Source of the DNA: Lophium mytilinum
Taxonomy: Eukaryota
Assembly (NCBI GenBank): GCA_010093605.1
Contig: MU004184.1
Span: 1,064,801-1,128,800, forward strand
Length of the DNA stretch: 64,000 nucleotides
Reading direction: 5' to 3'
Program-made: the position numbers and the translations under genes
Notes under the pieces: model-generated
Databases searched by the model: none
What the model saw: the letters and a program-made list of their open reading frames with translations, nothing else
Told to the model about the DNA's origin: nothing
Part shown: positions 46,971-57,685 of the stretch, piece by piece
Numbering within the stretch: the first letter of the stretch is position 1
Layout of the letters: each line of letters opens with the position of its first letter

Positions 46971-47649
46971 GCCCTTTGTAAATATTATACCGGGACGGGA
47001 TTTATGATCTTATGATCTTCAAGCGCTGGAGTTTAGAGTGGCTATTGTTGGTCTACATCCTAGATATCAAGATCTCCGCAAGGATGGCGCGGAGTTGGTA
47101 AGCGGCTCTTTGCAAGTCCACTGTGCTGATGTAAAACTCATACATATTAAAGGAATGGGGGACAAAGGGTGCCTATGCTTGAAATATCTCATAGAAATAT
47201 TATCCACTCGGTAACCACACATACGCTCGAAGAGGCGACCTGAACAGCTTTTACTCTCAAGATTATTGTTGATCCCGTCCGGCCAACCTAGCCAAGGACC
47301 AATCTTTTCTCATAAACCGCGACAGTTTCCTTCATGTTGAATCGGTCCTCTCACTCTACCCGCACCAGTCTCTAAAAATATGAATAGCGTTCAATGGGTA
47401 TGTTTCTTTTGACTAGGGTATTTGCCCTCACCAATGACAGCTATCATAGCTCACGCTACCATGAGGCGTTTCTATTGGACGCAAACACGCTGCTGTGCCA
47501 CCACATGCACGTCCAACACACACCATCAGGCGGCAAAGCCACGCCCTGCAGCCTTCTCCAACCTACACACCTTCTGTATCAAGACGTTCATCGTGCTTTT
47601 TGGTTTTCGTTTCTTGCAGAGAGGTCTATGGTTCGGCCGTAGACAAGTC

Positions 47650-49177
47650 ATGAAGCCAGTTGATGTTGCGGAGGAGTTTGCGGATCGCATTAAAGCGATC
47701 CGGGACGCGGACAATGAGAGGTTTGAATGGATGAACGTGAGTATGAAGGAAGGGGCCTACCACGATGAAAGCTTTAGTATATACTATTCCTAACATAATC
47801 TGCAGACGTTTCATGCACGCATTGCGGAGTTGAGCGAGAAATACGACAATGTGTCCAAGGATCTGAAGAGGGAGCAGATAGCTGGGCGTATCACGCAGGT
47901 AGATGCTGAAAAGTGGCAGCATCAGTTCGAGGAGCTGCAGCAGTCTATTGTAGGTGCTCTACTCCGTAAATGTCCACAGATTTAAGATCAAAAAAAGCAC
48001 GACGGTTCATTTGTTCTGGTGTTGATCGACGCCGACGCCGATGCGTATATTGTAAGAAGCCCCTACCGGATACTGGCGTTTGTCACTAATGCGCTGAAGT
48101 TCAAGGATTCGTATTATCGAAGTTCGGACGGCGGTCGCAAGGCGGCTATGGATCTCTACGCGCACGTGCAGGAGTATCTCCGCAGAGCGAAGCCAGCCTT
48201 AGCTAGCTTGCCCATCATGATAAAGGCATTTGCCAATTCAGATGGGCTTTCTAAACTGCTTGTGAATGTGAAGATCATTCAGTCGTCTGGTGCCCTGTGG
48301 GACTTTGCGAAGAGCTTCTCCCAGGCCCACGCAATGTCTGATTTTGTTTTGGTGGGCAATGGGAAGGATCGTGCTGATGAGAAAGTCAAGGGTGAATTAT
48401 TTTGTTCTCCTTGGTGTTCTCAGTGAAGCTGATATGTGAACAGGTATCTTTGAACAGTTTGTTAAGAATCCAACGTGTCGCCATATCGTCTTCGGCGCCT
48501 GCCATGATAATGGCTACGTCCGAATGTTGGAGAAGTATGCAGGAGATAGCATCATTGCTGAGCGTGTAACTCTCCTTCATTCCTTCGAGATCGGACGAGA
48601 ATTCCATGCTTTGAACTTCCAGTCGACCAGAATGGAGGACCTTTTTCGTGCGGAGTCGGTGCAGAGCTTAGGGACTGTGGTGTCTGTCGGTCATCAAGCA
48701 GTTCCTAGAGAAGAAGAAAGAAACGGCACTGCAACAACATGGGCAGCCCTTGCGAAAGCGAATGGAGGCACTGAAAAGCAGGGTGTTTCCATCAAGATCA
48801 AGGATCCACAGACAGTTCTGGTCAATGCGGCCGGCCAGCGGGTCGATGTGAGGCTTGGTAAACCGTCGCAGGCGGCGTTCGACAGCTGGAATCATAAAGT
48901 CAAGGTGGCTGGTTTGAAGTACTGTCGTCCGTACCAATTGTGGGGAGGTTGCAAAGGAAAATGCAACTACTCTCATGGTCCATTGTCAAAGGAGGAAAAG
49001 TTGGTTTACCGAAGGCTCGTAAGGGGCGAGCCTTGTCACGTTGGGTCGAAATGCCGTGACGCTAAATGCTACTATGGGCACAACTGTTCCTGCCAGAAGC
49101 AGAAGTGTCCCAACAAGTTTCCTGTCGACATGCATCGCGTTGATGAGTCGACGGCGGAGGTTTGGGCCGGGAAATGA
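47650..49177 (+). CDS. Coiled-coil + DUF7923-like domain + CCCH zinc-finger protein
   Basis: VLVLIDADADAYIF, FVLVGNGKDRADEK, CRHIVFGACHDNGY, C-terminal C-x7-C-x3-C-x3-H and further Cys/His clusters. Four introns. Confidence 0.8.
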
Positions 49178-49424
49178 AGTGGATTCGATCGTGTGAATAC
49201 ACTATATATTCACCGGTTTCGACGGCGAAGTTTTGGATTCGTGAATCGTGAGGAAACGATTGTGTAATTTCGATGATTCGATAGTTAGTGGTAGTACAAC
49301 TGGTCATAGCGGAGATGTATGGATCGTCTAGGCAAATAGGATATGCCATTTTGTTCTTCTTCTGAATCGTATATGCCATGTCGTAAATGCAGCAAAAGTT
49401 ACACCCTGAATCTCTCACCACTCA

Positions 49425-50297
49425 CTATCCCCTCCCAACCACACCCTCCAAACCCCCCCTCTCCCCCGTTCCACCCCTCCCCGGCCCCTTATTGCCCCCC
49501 ATCGCCGACTCCCCCAAAACATCCTTCACCCTCTCCTCAAACGCTTGGATCATCCTCTCCGCCACAAACGGCGCCGCCCCCGCCGACATAGCGCCATAAA
49601 TCGGATTCGCAAACGCATACTCAATACTCACCGAGCACTCCGTCTGCGACAACGCCTCATCATCCGCCTTATCCTGCGGCCGAGGCTGCGCATCCCCCTC
49701 CCCAGGCGGCGGCTTAAACATAAACGGCCTTAACGTCCACCGCGTGAGGAGGTGCGTGAGCAACCCGCTATCCCCCTCCGCCGCCTCTGCTTGCGTCGAA
49801 CCCTCACTCGGAGCCGCGTCCTGCAAGTGGTGTGCGATCAGATCTGGCCCTAGCCGTGTCTGGCCGTTCCCTGAGACCGCTTCGACGATGCCGACGCCTG
49901 TGTTGCCCTTGCCCTCGCCGGGTGCGACACAGTACACCTTCGATTGGAATCCCTCGTGCACGCCCACATAGCCGACGACTAGAGTTGCCTCGCTCGGCCA
50001 CCGTTTGCCGTGCGCATCCGCGGCTGACCATTTCGTGACGGTGGAGCGTTGGCAGTACGGGAGGAATGTCGCGTAGCTGGGGACGTCGGCGATGATGTTG
50101 AAGAGGTCATTGTGGGCGTATGGCAACACGCGGGAGGCGGTGAGGGTCGCTGGTTTCTGGTTTGAGGTGGAGAGCGGGGAGGAGGGGTGTGTGAAAGGGT
50201 TTGGGAGGAACGTGCGGCGCTGTTGTCGAAGCTGCGGAGGCTGTGGGATGCGGCATGCGCGGAGAGCGGAGGAGGAGGATGGGCGGAGTGTTTTCAT
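49425..50297 (-). CDS. COQ10: Coenzyme Q-binding protein Coq10 (START domain, mitochondrial)
   Basis: Presequence; RVLPY, IIADVPSYATFLPYC, IEYAFANPIY, MIQAFEER. Confidence 0.9.
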   Translation of the reverse strand: MKTLRPSSSSALRACRIPQPPQLRQQRRTFLPNPFTHPSSPLSTSNQKPATLTASRVLPYAHNDLFNIIADVPSYATFLPYCQRSTVTKWSAADAHGKRWPSEATLVVGYVGVHEGFQSKVYCVAPGEGKGNTGVGIVEAVSGNGQTRLGPDLIAHHLQDAAPSEGSTQAEAAEGDSGLLTHLLTRWTLRPFMFKPPPGEGDAQPRPQDKADDEALSQTECSVSIEYAFANPIYGAMSAGAAPFVAERMIQAFEERVKDVLGESAMGGNKGPGRGGTGERGGLEGVVGRG

Positions 50298-50565
50298 TTT
50301 GTCGTGGCGAGGATAGGATGGGGGGTAGACGTGTACAATCGTTGTTATTTTTAAAGCATATGGTAGGCAATTGGATATAGTGTCATCGACGCTCCATGAT
50401 GAAGGACGTTGTGGAGTCGTGCGATTGGAGCTAGGGACGGATTCCTGAGGTCATACATTAATTAAGCTTTTTTGAGCCTCATCCTGTTCCGGACGATCTG
50501 CCGAGACGCAAGGGCCAAGTCACATAATATCACTCACTAGACACCTCTGACATGCTCCCGCGATA

Positions 50566-50799
50566 CAGTGACAGGCCATAAGTCTGGGCACACTGGTTCA
50601 CCACTGCTTAAGGTGCCCCAACAAGATTTCCAACATCCAGCGGCCATGTCGAGGTTCCAGCACTACAGATTAGACTATCTCTGGACTATCTGGCTGTTCA
50701 GCAACCAGGGTACCCCGAACAGTGATGTTGTGTGATCAAGTTGGAGCTAAGTAGAGATGAGTTCACGTTCATATGTCCAGACGTATGGCCTTGGTACTG
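50566..50799 (+). mobile_element. Tc1/mariner-type MITE, copy 1
   Basis: TA|CAGTGACAGGCCATAAGTCTGGGCACA ... TATGTCCAGACGTATGGCCTTGGTACTG|TA; ~27-bp imperfect TIRs; non-coding. Confidence 0.8.
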
Positions 50800-50856
50800 T
50801 AGATCCATTCAGACGTTTCTGTGGTTGCGTGTAGGGCTTTCACGTACTGTTAGGTA

Positions 50857-51083
50857 CAGTGACAGGCCACAGGTCTAGGCACATTGGTTCACCACTGCTT
50901 GGGGTACCCCTACAAGAATTCCAAGATCCAGCAATGATGTCGAGGTTCAAGCATTACAGATTAGTCTAACTCTTGATGATCTGGCTGTTCAGCAACCAGG
51001 CTACCCCGAACAGTGGTGTCGAGTGATCAAGCTGGAGCCAAGCAGAAAGGATTTCATATGCCCAGAGTTATGGCCTTGGACTG
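50857..51083 (+). mobile_element. Tc1/mariner-type MITE, copy 2
   Basis: Colinear with copy 1 over its full length; TA on the left flank. Confidence 0.8.
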
Positions 51084-51126
51084 TGCATGCATATCTGCTA
51101 CGGTCTGAGGTAGCATCGCAAGCTTA

Positions 51127-51353
51127 CAGTGACAGGCCATAAGTCTGGGCACACTAGTTCACCACTGCTTGGGGTACCCCCACAAGATTTCCGAGATCCA
51201 GCGGCGATGTTGAGGTTTAAGGACTATAGATCAGACCATCTCTTGCCTATCGGGCTGTTCAGCAACCAGGCTACCCCGAACGGTGGTGTCGAGTAAGCAA
51301 GTTGGAGCCACGCTGTAATGAATCTATGTGCCCAGACTTATGGCTTAGTACTG
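51127..51353 (+). mobile_element. Tc1/mariner-type MITE, copy 3
   Basis: GCCATAAGTCTGGGCACA / TGTGCCCAGACTTATGGC perfect 18-bp TIR core; TA on the left flank. Confidence 0.8.
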
Positions 51354-51826
51354 TTCTAGTTGCTCAAAGCTTCAGCGTAAGAAGGTTGTAACTACCACGA
51401 GGGACCACAAGTAGTGGTAGAAGGATGCAAGCAGACTGTCACGTCAATTTAGTGTCTTTTGGAGAGACAAAGTATCTTCATTGCTCTCATACTACTTTCG
51501 TCTTCACCTGTAACAGGATGAGACAATCACCGGCCTAGCTACAAGCCACGTTCATTTTCATGCCGCCTAAAAGTCACGAAAGCCCGAAATTCCAAGCCAC
51601 ACAAAACACCGCTTGACCATCCCAATCCCAGACCCAGAAAGTAGGAAAAAGGAAAAAGTGTCTGGTGCAAATTTGCCCAAATGCAGCAAGATCAGTCACT
51701 CACCATTTCGTTAATTTCTGCCATAAACCGAGGGCAAGAATCGAAGTGGATGGCTATGATCAAAGGTGTACAAGAAAGACCAAAGTTCGTATTTCCAGAA
51801 TTTAGGCCGATCGAAAGTATGTGGCT

Positions 51827-54706
51827 TTAGAAGAACCGGATGGTAGTCTACTGATTAAGTTAGCAGGTACATTTGCTGATTAGTTGTATCGGAACTGGAC
51901 GCTTACCTGGCCAATGGTTGACTGTTCGCCCTGCTGCTGGTAGTACTGACCGTTTGCAGCACGCTGTGTCGTAATTGCTTTACCGTTCTCGGTGATATTG
52001 GCCTGTACTTGCTTCTGGACGGATAGGGGCCTATTGAGCGGAGAATCTCCTTGTCAGCATGCTTAGTACGAGCAGTATGGAGGTCTGTTTCTTGTCGGCA
52101 AGCTGTGCTGGATCTAAAGTATACGACCGTTTGTGACCAAATAGTGAGGGAAATGGAGTGATAAGACGACCAAAGAGAGGGGGTCGAAGAGTAGCACGGC
52201 TAAAAGACAGAACGAGAAAAACGAGAAGAACGATAATGACAACAACAGGAATGACGAGTAGAAGGCGAAAACGAGGGGGCCAAGGCGTATGTTACGGAGT
52301 GGGCCGAGCCGTGCTTCTTGGCAGACAAGGTGAAAGCACCTCAACCTTGTCCTAGTAACGCATTCGATCAAGCGCAGGTATGCACCGTTATCGTCTATGA
52401 AACCATGATCAAGTTGCCAATACCTGAGGCAAGCTTGATGCGTAGTGAGAGCGTCTATGAATGTGGGGAGGGGAAGGGGAAGGGGCAAGGAGCAGGGAGG
52501 AGAGGATACATACCCATTGGCCTCCATGTCAAGCCTCATGTATTCTTTGGCAGGGGACTCCTTGGCGATGTTCTTGTTGGCATCCTCCAGCTTAATCGCA
52601 TCCTTAGTGCCCCGCTCAAGGAGGTAGGCCATGTAGTGTTGAGAGAGGCCGCTGATTGTCTCCGGAGCTAGTCGCGTGCTCGAGCGAATGAATTGATGGA
52701 GTTGTTTGATCCGCTCGTAGTGCTCGGCCTCGGTCGCCGCACTAGTCGGTTGTTGCAGCTCGAACTGGAGGTAGCTGACCCAGAAGTCGGGAACATCAAG
52801 GTAGTACTGGTCGTTCGACTTGTAGACCTGCCGAGCTTCTTCAACCGAACCCTTGATCTTCCACAAAAGACGAGCCCATTCGGCGACCATGGCCCCCTGA
52901 ATGTAGATATCGCAGTCCTGGGACTCAATATATGTCTTATAGACACTGATGGCAGCCTCTAGGCCTTCTTGGCGACGCTCAAGGTTGGCCCAAGAGATGA
53001 TGGTCTCGAGATGGCCAGGCGACATGTCTAGAATGGCTCGATGAATATCCCGAGAGACATCGATGCGGTCTGTTGACTCTTCGAAGCGCGCGTACTGGAG
53101 GCGGATCTCAGGCCGGGAGATGGGAACATACAGGGCGCTCGCGCGGGCGTAGATGTTGCGAACTTCTTCTTCCTTCCCCTCTTGGGCATACATCCAGCGC
53201 GCAAAGCGCATCCAGAACTCCTCGTAATACGCGGCGGCAACCAAGCATCGCTCGTAGAGAAAGACAATGCGGGTAAAGTCGCCTTCAGCTTCCTCGAAGT
53301 CGAGGTACTTGCGCCAGTTGACCAGCTGAGTCTCGTCGAGCTCAGTGACGTGGAAGTAGGGTCGCTTAATCTCCTGCTCATATGGCCATCGCTTGGTCGT
53401 CTCCGTCTGGGTACCCTGGAAGCCTTCCAAGAACGAATTGTCAGCTTTGGTCCGGAGATCACGTTCGATCTCCAGCTCGCTCTTCATCCTAGTGACATCG
53501 AGTTCGGTGCGGAATTGAGCGAGGATGGATTCATGGACGAGCTCGTTAAGAGGACGGGATGCGGCGAGGTTCCTGTAGCGCTCGAAGTATCTCGAATATT
53601 GATGCATGGGAATGTTGACGATGCGGCCGAGAATGGCGAAGATCTTGTCCTGGGCTTCAAGACGCTCTTCGAATTCGATGTATGTATCCCAGAATGGATG
53701 GGAGAGGAAGTCGAGGCCAACAGCAGCAGCACCGCGCTCGAAGAGTCTAAGTTCCGCGTTAGCATGCAAGTTGATGGAAGGATTGGACCCATCAATGAGA
53801 GGGCTGAGAGGGCAGCAAACGGAGTTGTACGTGTAGTTTAGTGGGCCGCTAATCATGAAAGCTCTAGGCAGCTTGTGGGATCGACGAGAAGGAATACCGT
53901 TCGAGACGGAAACTTTCAGGGTAGGTAAAACGACAGAAAGTGAAGGCTCTGGGGGATGACTGTGAGAAGACCGGCACGCTTATGGGTGGTGTTGATTTCT
54001 CACCCATGCTTTTACAGCAGTGCCAGAACGAGCTGCACATACGACTGAACCTCCATCTATCTATCCCCGGTCCAATCGTATATGGGTACTAGAGCATTGT
54101 AGCTTCCCGTCGGCTATGACCGGGCAATGCTTGGGCAACGTTATATGAAGGGGAGGGAAGGAAAGGTTCGTTTTGATACTCACTCTCGAATCTCGTCTGT
54201 GTTGTGGCAAGTGTCGACTTTGAAGGAGCAATAGTTCATCCAGAGGTCAACAGAATTCGTGATGCTAGCAACACCGCGCTCGTACACCTGGTGTGGGGTT
54301 AGCGTACAGTTTCCATCAGGCTGCGGCTCAGACCACTCACCATATCTGCGGCTTCGGTGCCAGCAATGGAGAACTCCAAGTCGGCATACTTCTTCCAGTA
54401 CCCGAAGAAGAGAGGAAACTTGGCGAGAAAGCGGTTGTAGATCTCGCGCGTAAAGGTGATTGCCTGCGGGCTCGAGTTGCGGTTGAGACCGCCCTCGAGA
54501 CCTTCTGCAGCTCGGACTAGCTTCTCCCAGCCATCGTACTCGTCCTCATTGGCGACCTGTAGACAGTTAGCAATTGGGGACGAAGATCTCATAGATAGAA
54601 GGTGGGCGACAGTACCACTTCGCCGACGAGCTTCTTGAGCTCGATGTTCTCTTCATCGGAGCCGCCGAGAGGGACGTCTCCGATGCTGCCCTTGACGTAG
54701 ACCATC
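51827..54706 (-). CDS. PRP39: U1 snRNP pre-mRNA processing factor Prp39 (HAT repeats)
   Basis: FLAKFPLFFGYWKKYA, VYERGVA, LFERG..VGLDFLSHPFWD.YIEFE, IKRPYFHV, WRKYLDFEE. Exons approx. 54706-54617, 54556-54341, 54288-54184, 53746-52514, 52030-51907, 51847-51827. Confidence 0.93.
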
Positions 54707-55508
54707 GTCGATTGCGCGTGCTGAAGGATCGTAGCGCTGAAGTCAAGAAGCAGTCTCGTCGCGTGAGACCGTGGTGATGGAGCGGGTGGTGGAGGAGGTG
54801 AAGCTAGTGTTGTGAAGCTGGCGTGCGACGAAGAAGATGGAGAGGCGATCAACCGCGCTAAATTTTAAGCCGCAGCACGAGCCCGCCACACCCGCGGCCT
54901 GATCAGGCATCCACATATAAATCCTAGGTTCCCTGAGAGACAGCACTGCGGTATTTCTAATAGGCTAGGCATACCTTACTCACACGACTGACAACTACCC
55001 TATCTCAGAGTTTTGTAACAGTTTCTCCGAGTAGCTCAAAACTGCTTCACCGCAAATCAACCAACCTAAGTGTTTCCTACGTGTACCGAACGTCTCATAT
55101 CTACGTAGGTGATCGGGCTGAGACTACGCGAAGATGTTCACCAGGGAGGGTGAAGACATGCGATGTAATTGTCACCACATATCCACCATGCATCAGAGAG
55201 ATCCAATATAAAGATATGCCATATCCGTTGTCCTCCAAACTGACTGTTTTTCTCACAAGAGCCACCCCAAGCTAGGACTTTGCAACTAGCTAGCTACACA
55301 AGAGTCTTTGGAGCCAAAGAACCACAAGAACCACACACCCGCACGCTATGTAATCTAGGTATCCACAACAACACCTCGTAGACCCATCCATCATGACACG
55401 TATAGACTCCAAGAAGCGACAAAACAGACACCCTCGCGCCATGCATTGCATAAGAATGCACTCATCAGCCAACCTCATCAGTCATGTCCTCTGCGACACC
55501 TCTTACTC

Positions 55509-56654
55509 TCACGACGCTAGTTCCCCCTCTGTCTTCGTGGTCTCCCCTTGAGCAAATGAGAACGGACTCTTCGTCATCTCAGGGCTCCTAGGACTAATCG
55601 GCAGCGCAAACAGCCCATCTTCCCTATCATCATCCGGCAGCGGCGCGCCCCTCGACTCGAAACTCGGCGCGGCAAACGTAGCATTCAGCGACGCCATTCC
55701 GGGATCATGCTGCTGCTTCTCCTGCTGTGCGACGATACTCTGCGGGGGCGCAATCCCCACCCCTCCCACCGGCCTCTGCGGCGGCTTCGCAGCCAAAGCC
55801 ACCGGATTCGCACCCTTAAACGCCGCAAACGAACTCACCGCAACATCCGAACTCTCCGGACTCAGCGGGTTATTCGCCGACAGTTCCAACCCCCCCGACT
55901 CCCTCCCCCCGATCGACAAATCCCTCTCACTCGTCCCCAGCTTCAACCCCCTCAACTTCTCCATCAACCGCCCACCTCCCGGCGTCCGCGGACTCGCAGG
56001 CCCCAACCCCGCCAGCCCCCCCGCCTCCGCGAGCGAAATCGTCAGCCCCACCGGCTTCGGCGCGATCCCAAACGTGCTCTCAATCCACTCCTTCTCTTGA
56101 CTCGCCATCTCCAACCCAATCCCCTCCACATTCTCCCGCGTCTCCTTCTCAATCTCCCGACTGAGCACCTGCAGCCTCTTCTTCGCCCAAATCGTATGCA
56201 AAATCCCCTTCTTCCCCGCCGCGCGCGCGTTCGCGCCCAGCTCGGGCGGGAAAATCGCCGGCAGCGGGTTCGTGTGCCACACGACCTCGCTCGCCTCGGC
56301 CGGTAGGCGCGGGCGGTGCGTCAGCACGACGAGCGGCGGCACGGCGGCGCCGGGGGCCAGCAGGAAGTACATGCGGTGGATGTCGCCGGCGGGCTGGTCG
56401 TCGGCGCTCAGCACGGTGGATTTCCCCTCCCAGGAGACGTGCCAGTCGCCGCGCACGTTGCGCGTGGCGGGCGAGTCTTCCCACTCCACCATCAGGATCT
56501 TGGTGCCCTCGCGCCCGTGGCCCGTCTCGAACTCGAAGCGCGCGAGGGCGTTGGTGGAGGAGAGGGAGGGCGATTCGACTTCGTCGTGGGCGGGGAGGGC
56601 GGCGGAGGTGGTGTCGACGGGGTTGAAGGGGGGGCGGGAGGCGGTGGTCGCCAT
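55509..56654 (-). CDS. Conserved fungal hypothetical protein
   Basis: 381-aa ORF from ATG 56654 with strong codon bias; FEFE..GTKILMVEWED, NPLPAIFPPELG, KGILHTIWAKKRL, LFALPISPRSP. Confidence 0.8.
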   Translation of the reverse strand: MATTASRPPFNPVDTTSAALPAHDEVESPSLSSTNALARFEFETGHGREGTKILMVEWEDSPATRNVRGDWHVSWEGKSTVLSADDQPAGDIHRMYFLLAPGAAVPPLVVLTHRPRLPAEASEVVWHTNPLPAIFPPELGANARAAGKKGILHTIWAKKRLQVLSREIEKETRENVEGIGLEMASQEKEWIESTFGIAPKPVGLTISLAEAGGLAGLGPASPRTPGGGRLMEKLRGLKLGTSERDLSIGGRESGGLELSANNPLSPESSDVAVSSFAAFKGANPVALAAKPPQRPVGGVGIAPPQSIVAQQEKQQHDPGMASLNATFAAPSFESRGAPLPDDDREDGLFALPISPRSPEMTKSPFSFAQGETTKTEGELAS

Positions 56655-57685
56655 TGCGTTTGTGTTGGGTTTTAGAGAGTATACGGATGCGTCGACGTGG
56701 AGGAGGAGGGAGGGCGTGTTGAGGGCGGCGGCGAGGGGTAGTATCGTATAGATGTCTGCGGCGTGGAACACGGGGGTGCGAAATGAGGTCGAAATAAAGG
56801 GTGGTGCTCGCCCGACGACCGAAGAACCGGGCTGGCTGCCACGCTTCGTAGCTTCTCCGTAGCCTGCGTGGGGAAGGTGCAAGCAAGTCGAACGGATATC
56901 CAGGTACTTCAGGCGCGGTGGTCGTCGATAAGGCTGGCTGCAGAGAAGAGACGGTAGGTTTCAATGCACGCAGCCTCGAGTGCACCTTCGAAACGCCCTG
57001 CCCTCCATCTCTCGCTTCTGCACGGGTTATTCTTAGCAACCCCGCCCTGCCTCACAAAACCCCTCTATTCCTACGCGCCTCAGGGCTGAGGGCGCCCGCC
57101 CAGCACGTTTCTAAATGCAGGGGCAACAACATCACGGGCGTTACGCCCTCGAGCTCACTCAATGATTCGCTGCTTCTTTGGATGAATGTTTGATTATGCC
57201 TATTATACATTGCTGTGGAAGCTGCACTAGTTCCACGCAGCGTACCCGCCGATCCACCCATATGTAAGACGCACACCCGCCTGCTCGGGTGCTGTCCCTG
57301 GCATGAAGCCACAGAGAGAAAGAGGAAAAGGTGGCGTGGGATGTGATGCGAGCCGTAAACCTCGTAATGCTGATGATGTTGACGGATGATGATAATCGTA
57401 ACCGATGATCGTAGACCAAACGCCGCCCATGGATATGCCGCCGGTGCCCATGCTGATTCTACCACACTCCAACTGAGGGAGGTAAACAAATAAAGAAAAA
57501 TTACAAAAGTGGGTATAGTGCGTAGAATAAGTATATGCAAGATGAAGAAAATATGCTTTTGACCGGCCAAAGCTGATGCAGAGATAGGAAAAATGATAGT
57601 GGGTGTGGGTTGTTTGTTGGTTCAAGGTGTCTAGGACAGACCAGGATGCGTTTTTCCCATCAAGGGAGCAAGAAGTCCAGGGCTT

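Noticed and set aside
50566..51353. tRNA/5S-derived SINE or hammerhead ribozyme array
   Set aside because: No A/B boxes, cloverleaf or CUGANGA/GAAA core; TIRs plus TA flanks fit a DNA-transposon derivative.
52114..53856. ORF-track 580-aa protein as the true Prp39
   Set aside because: Both ends run into introns; the spliced model is better supported.
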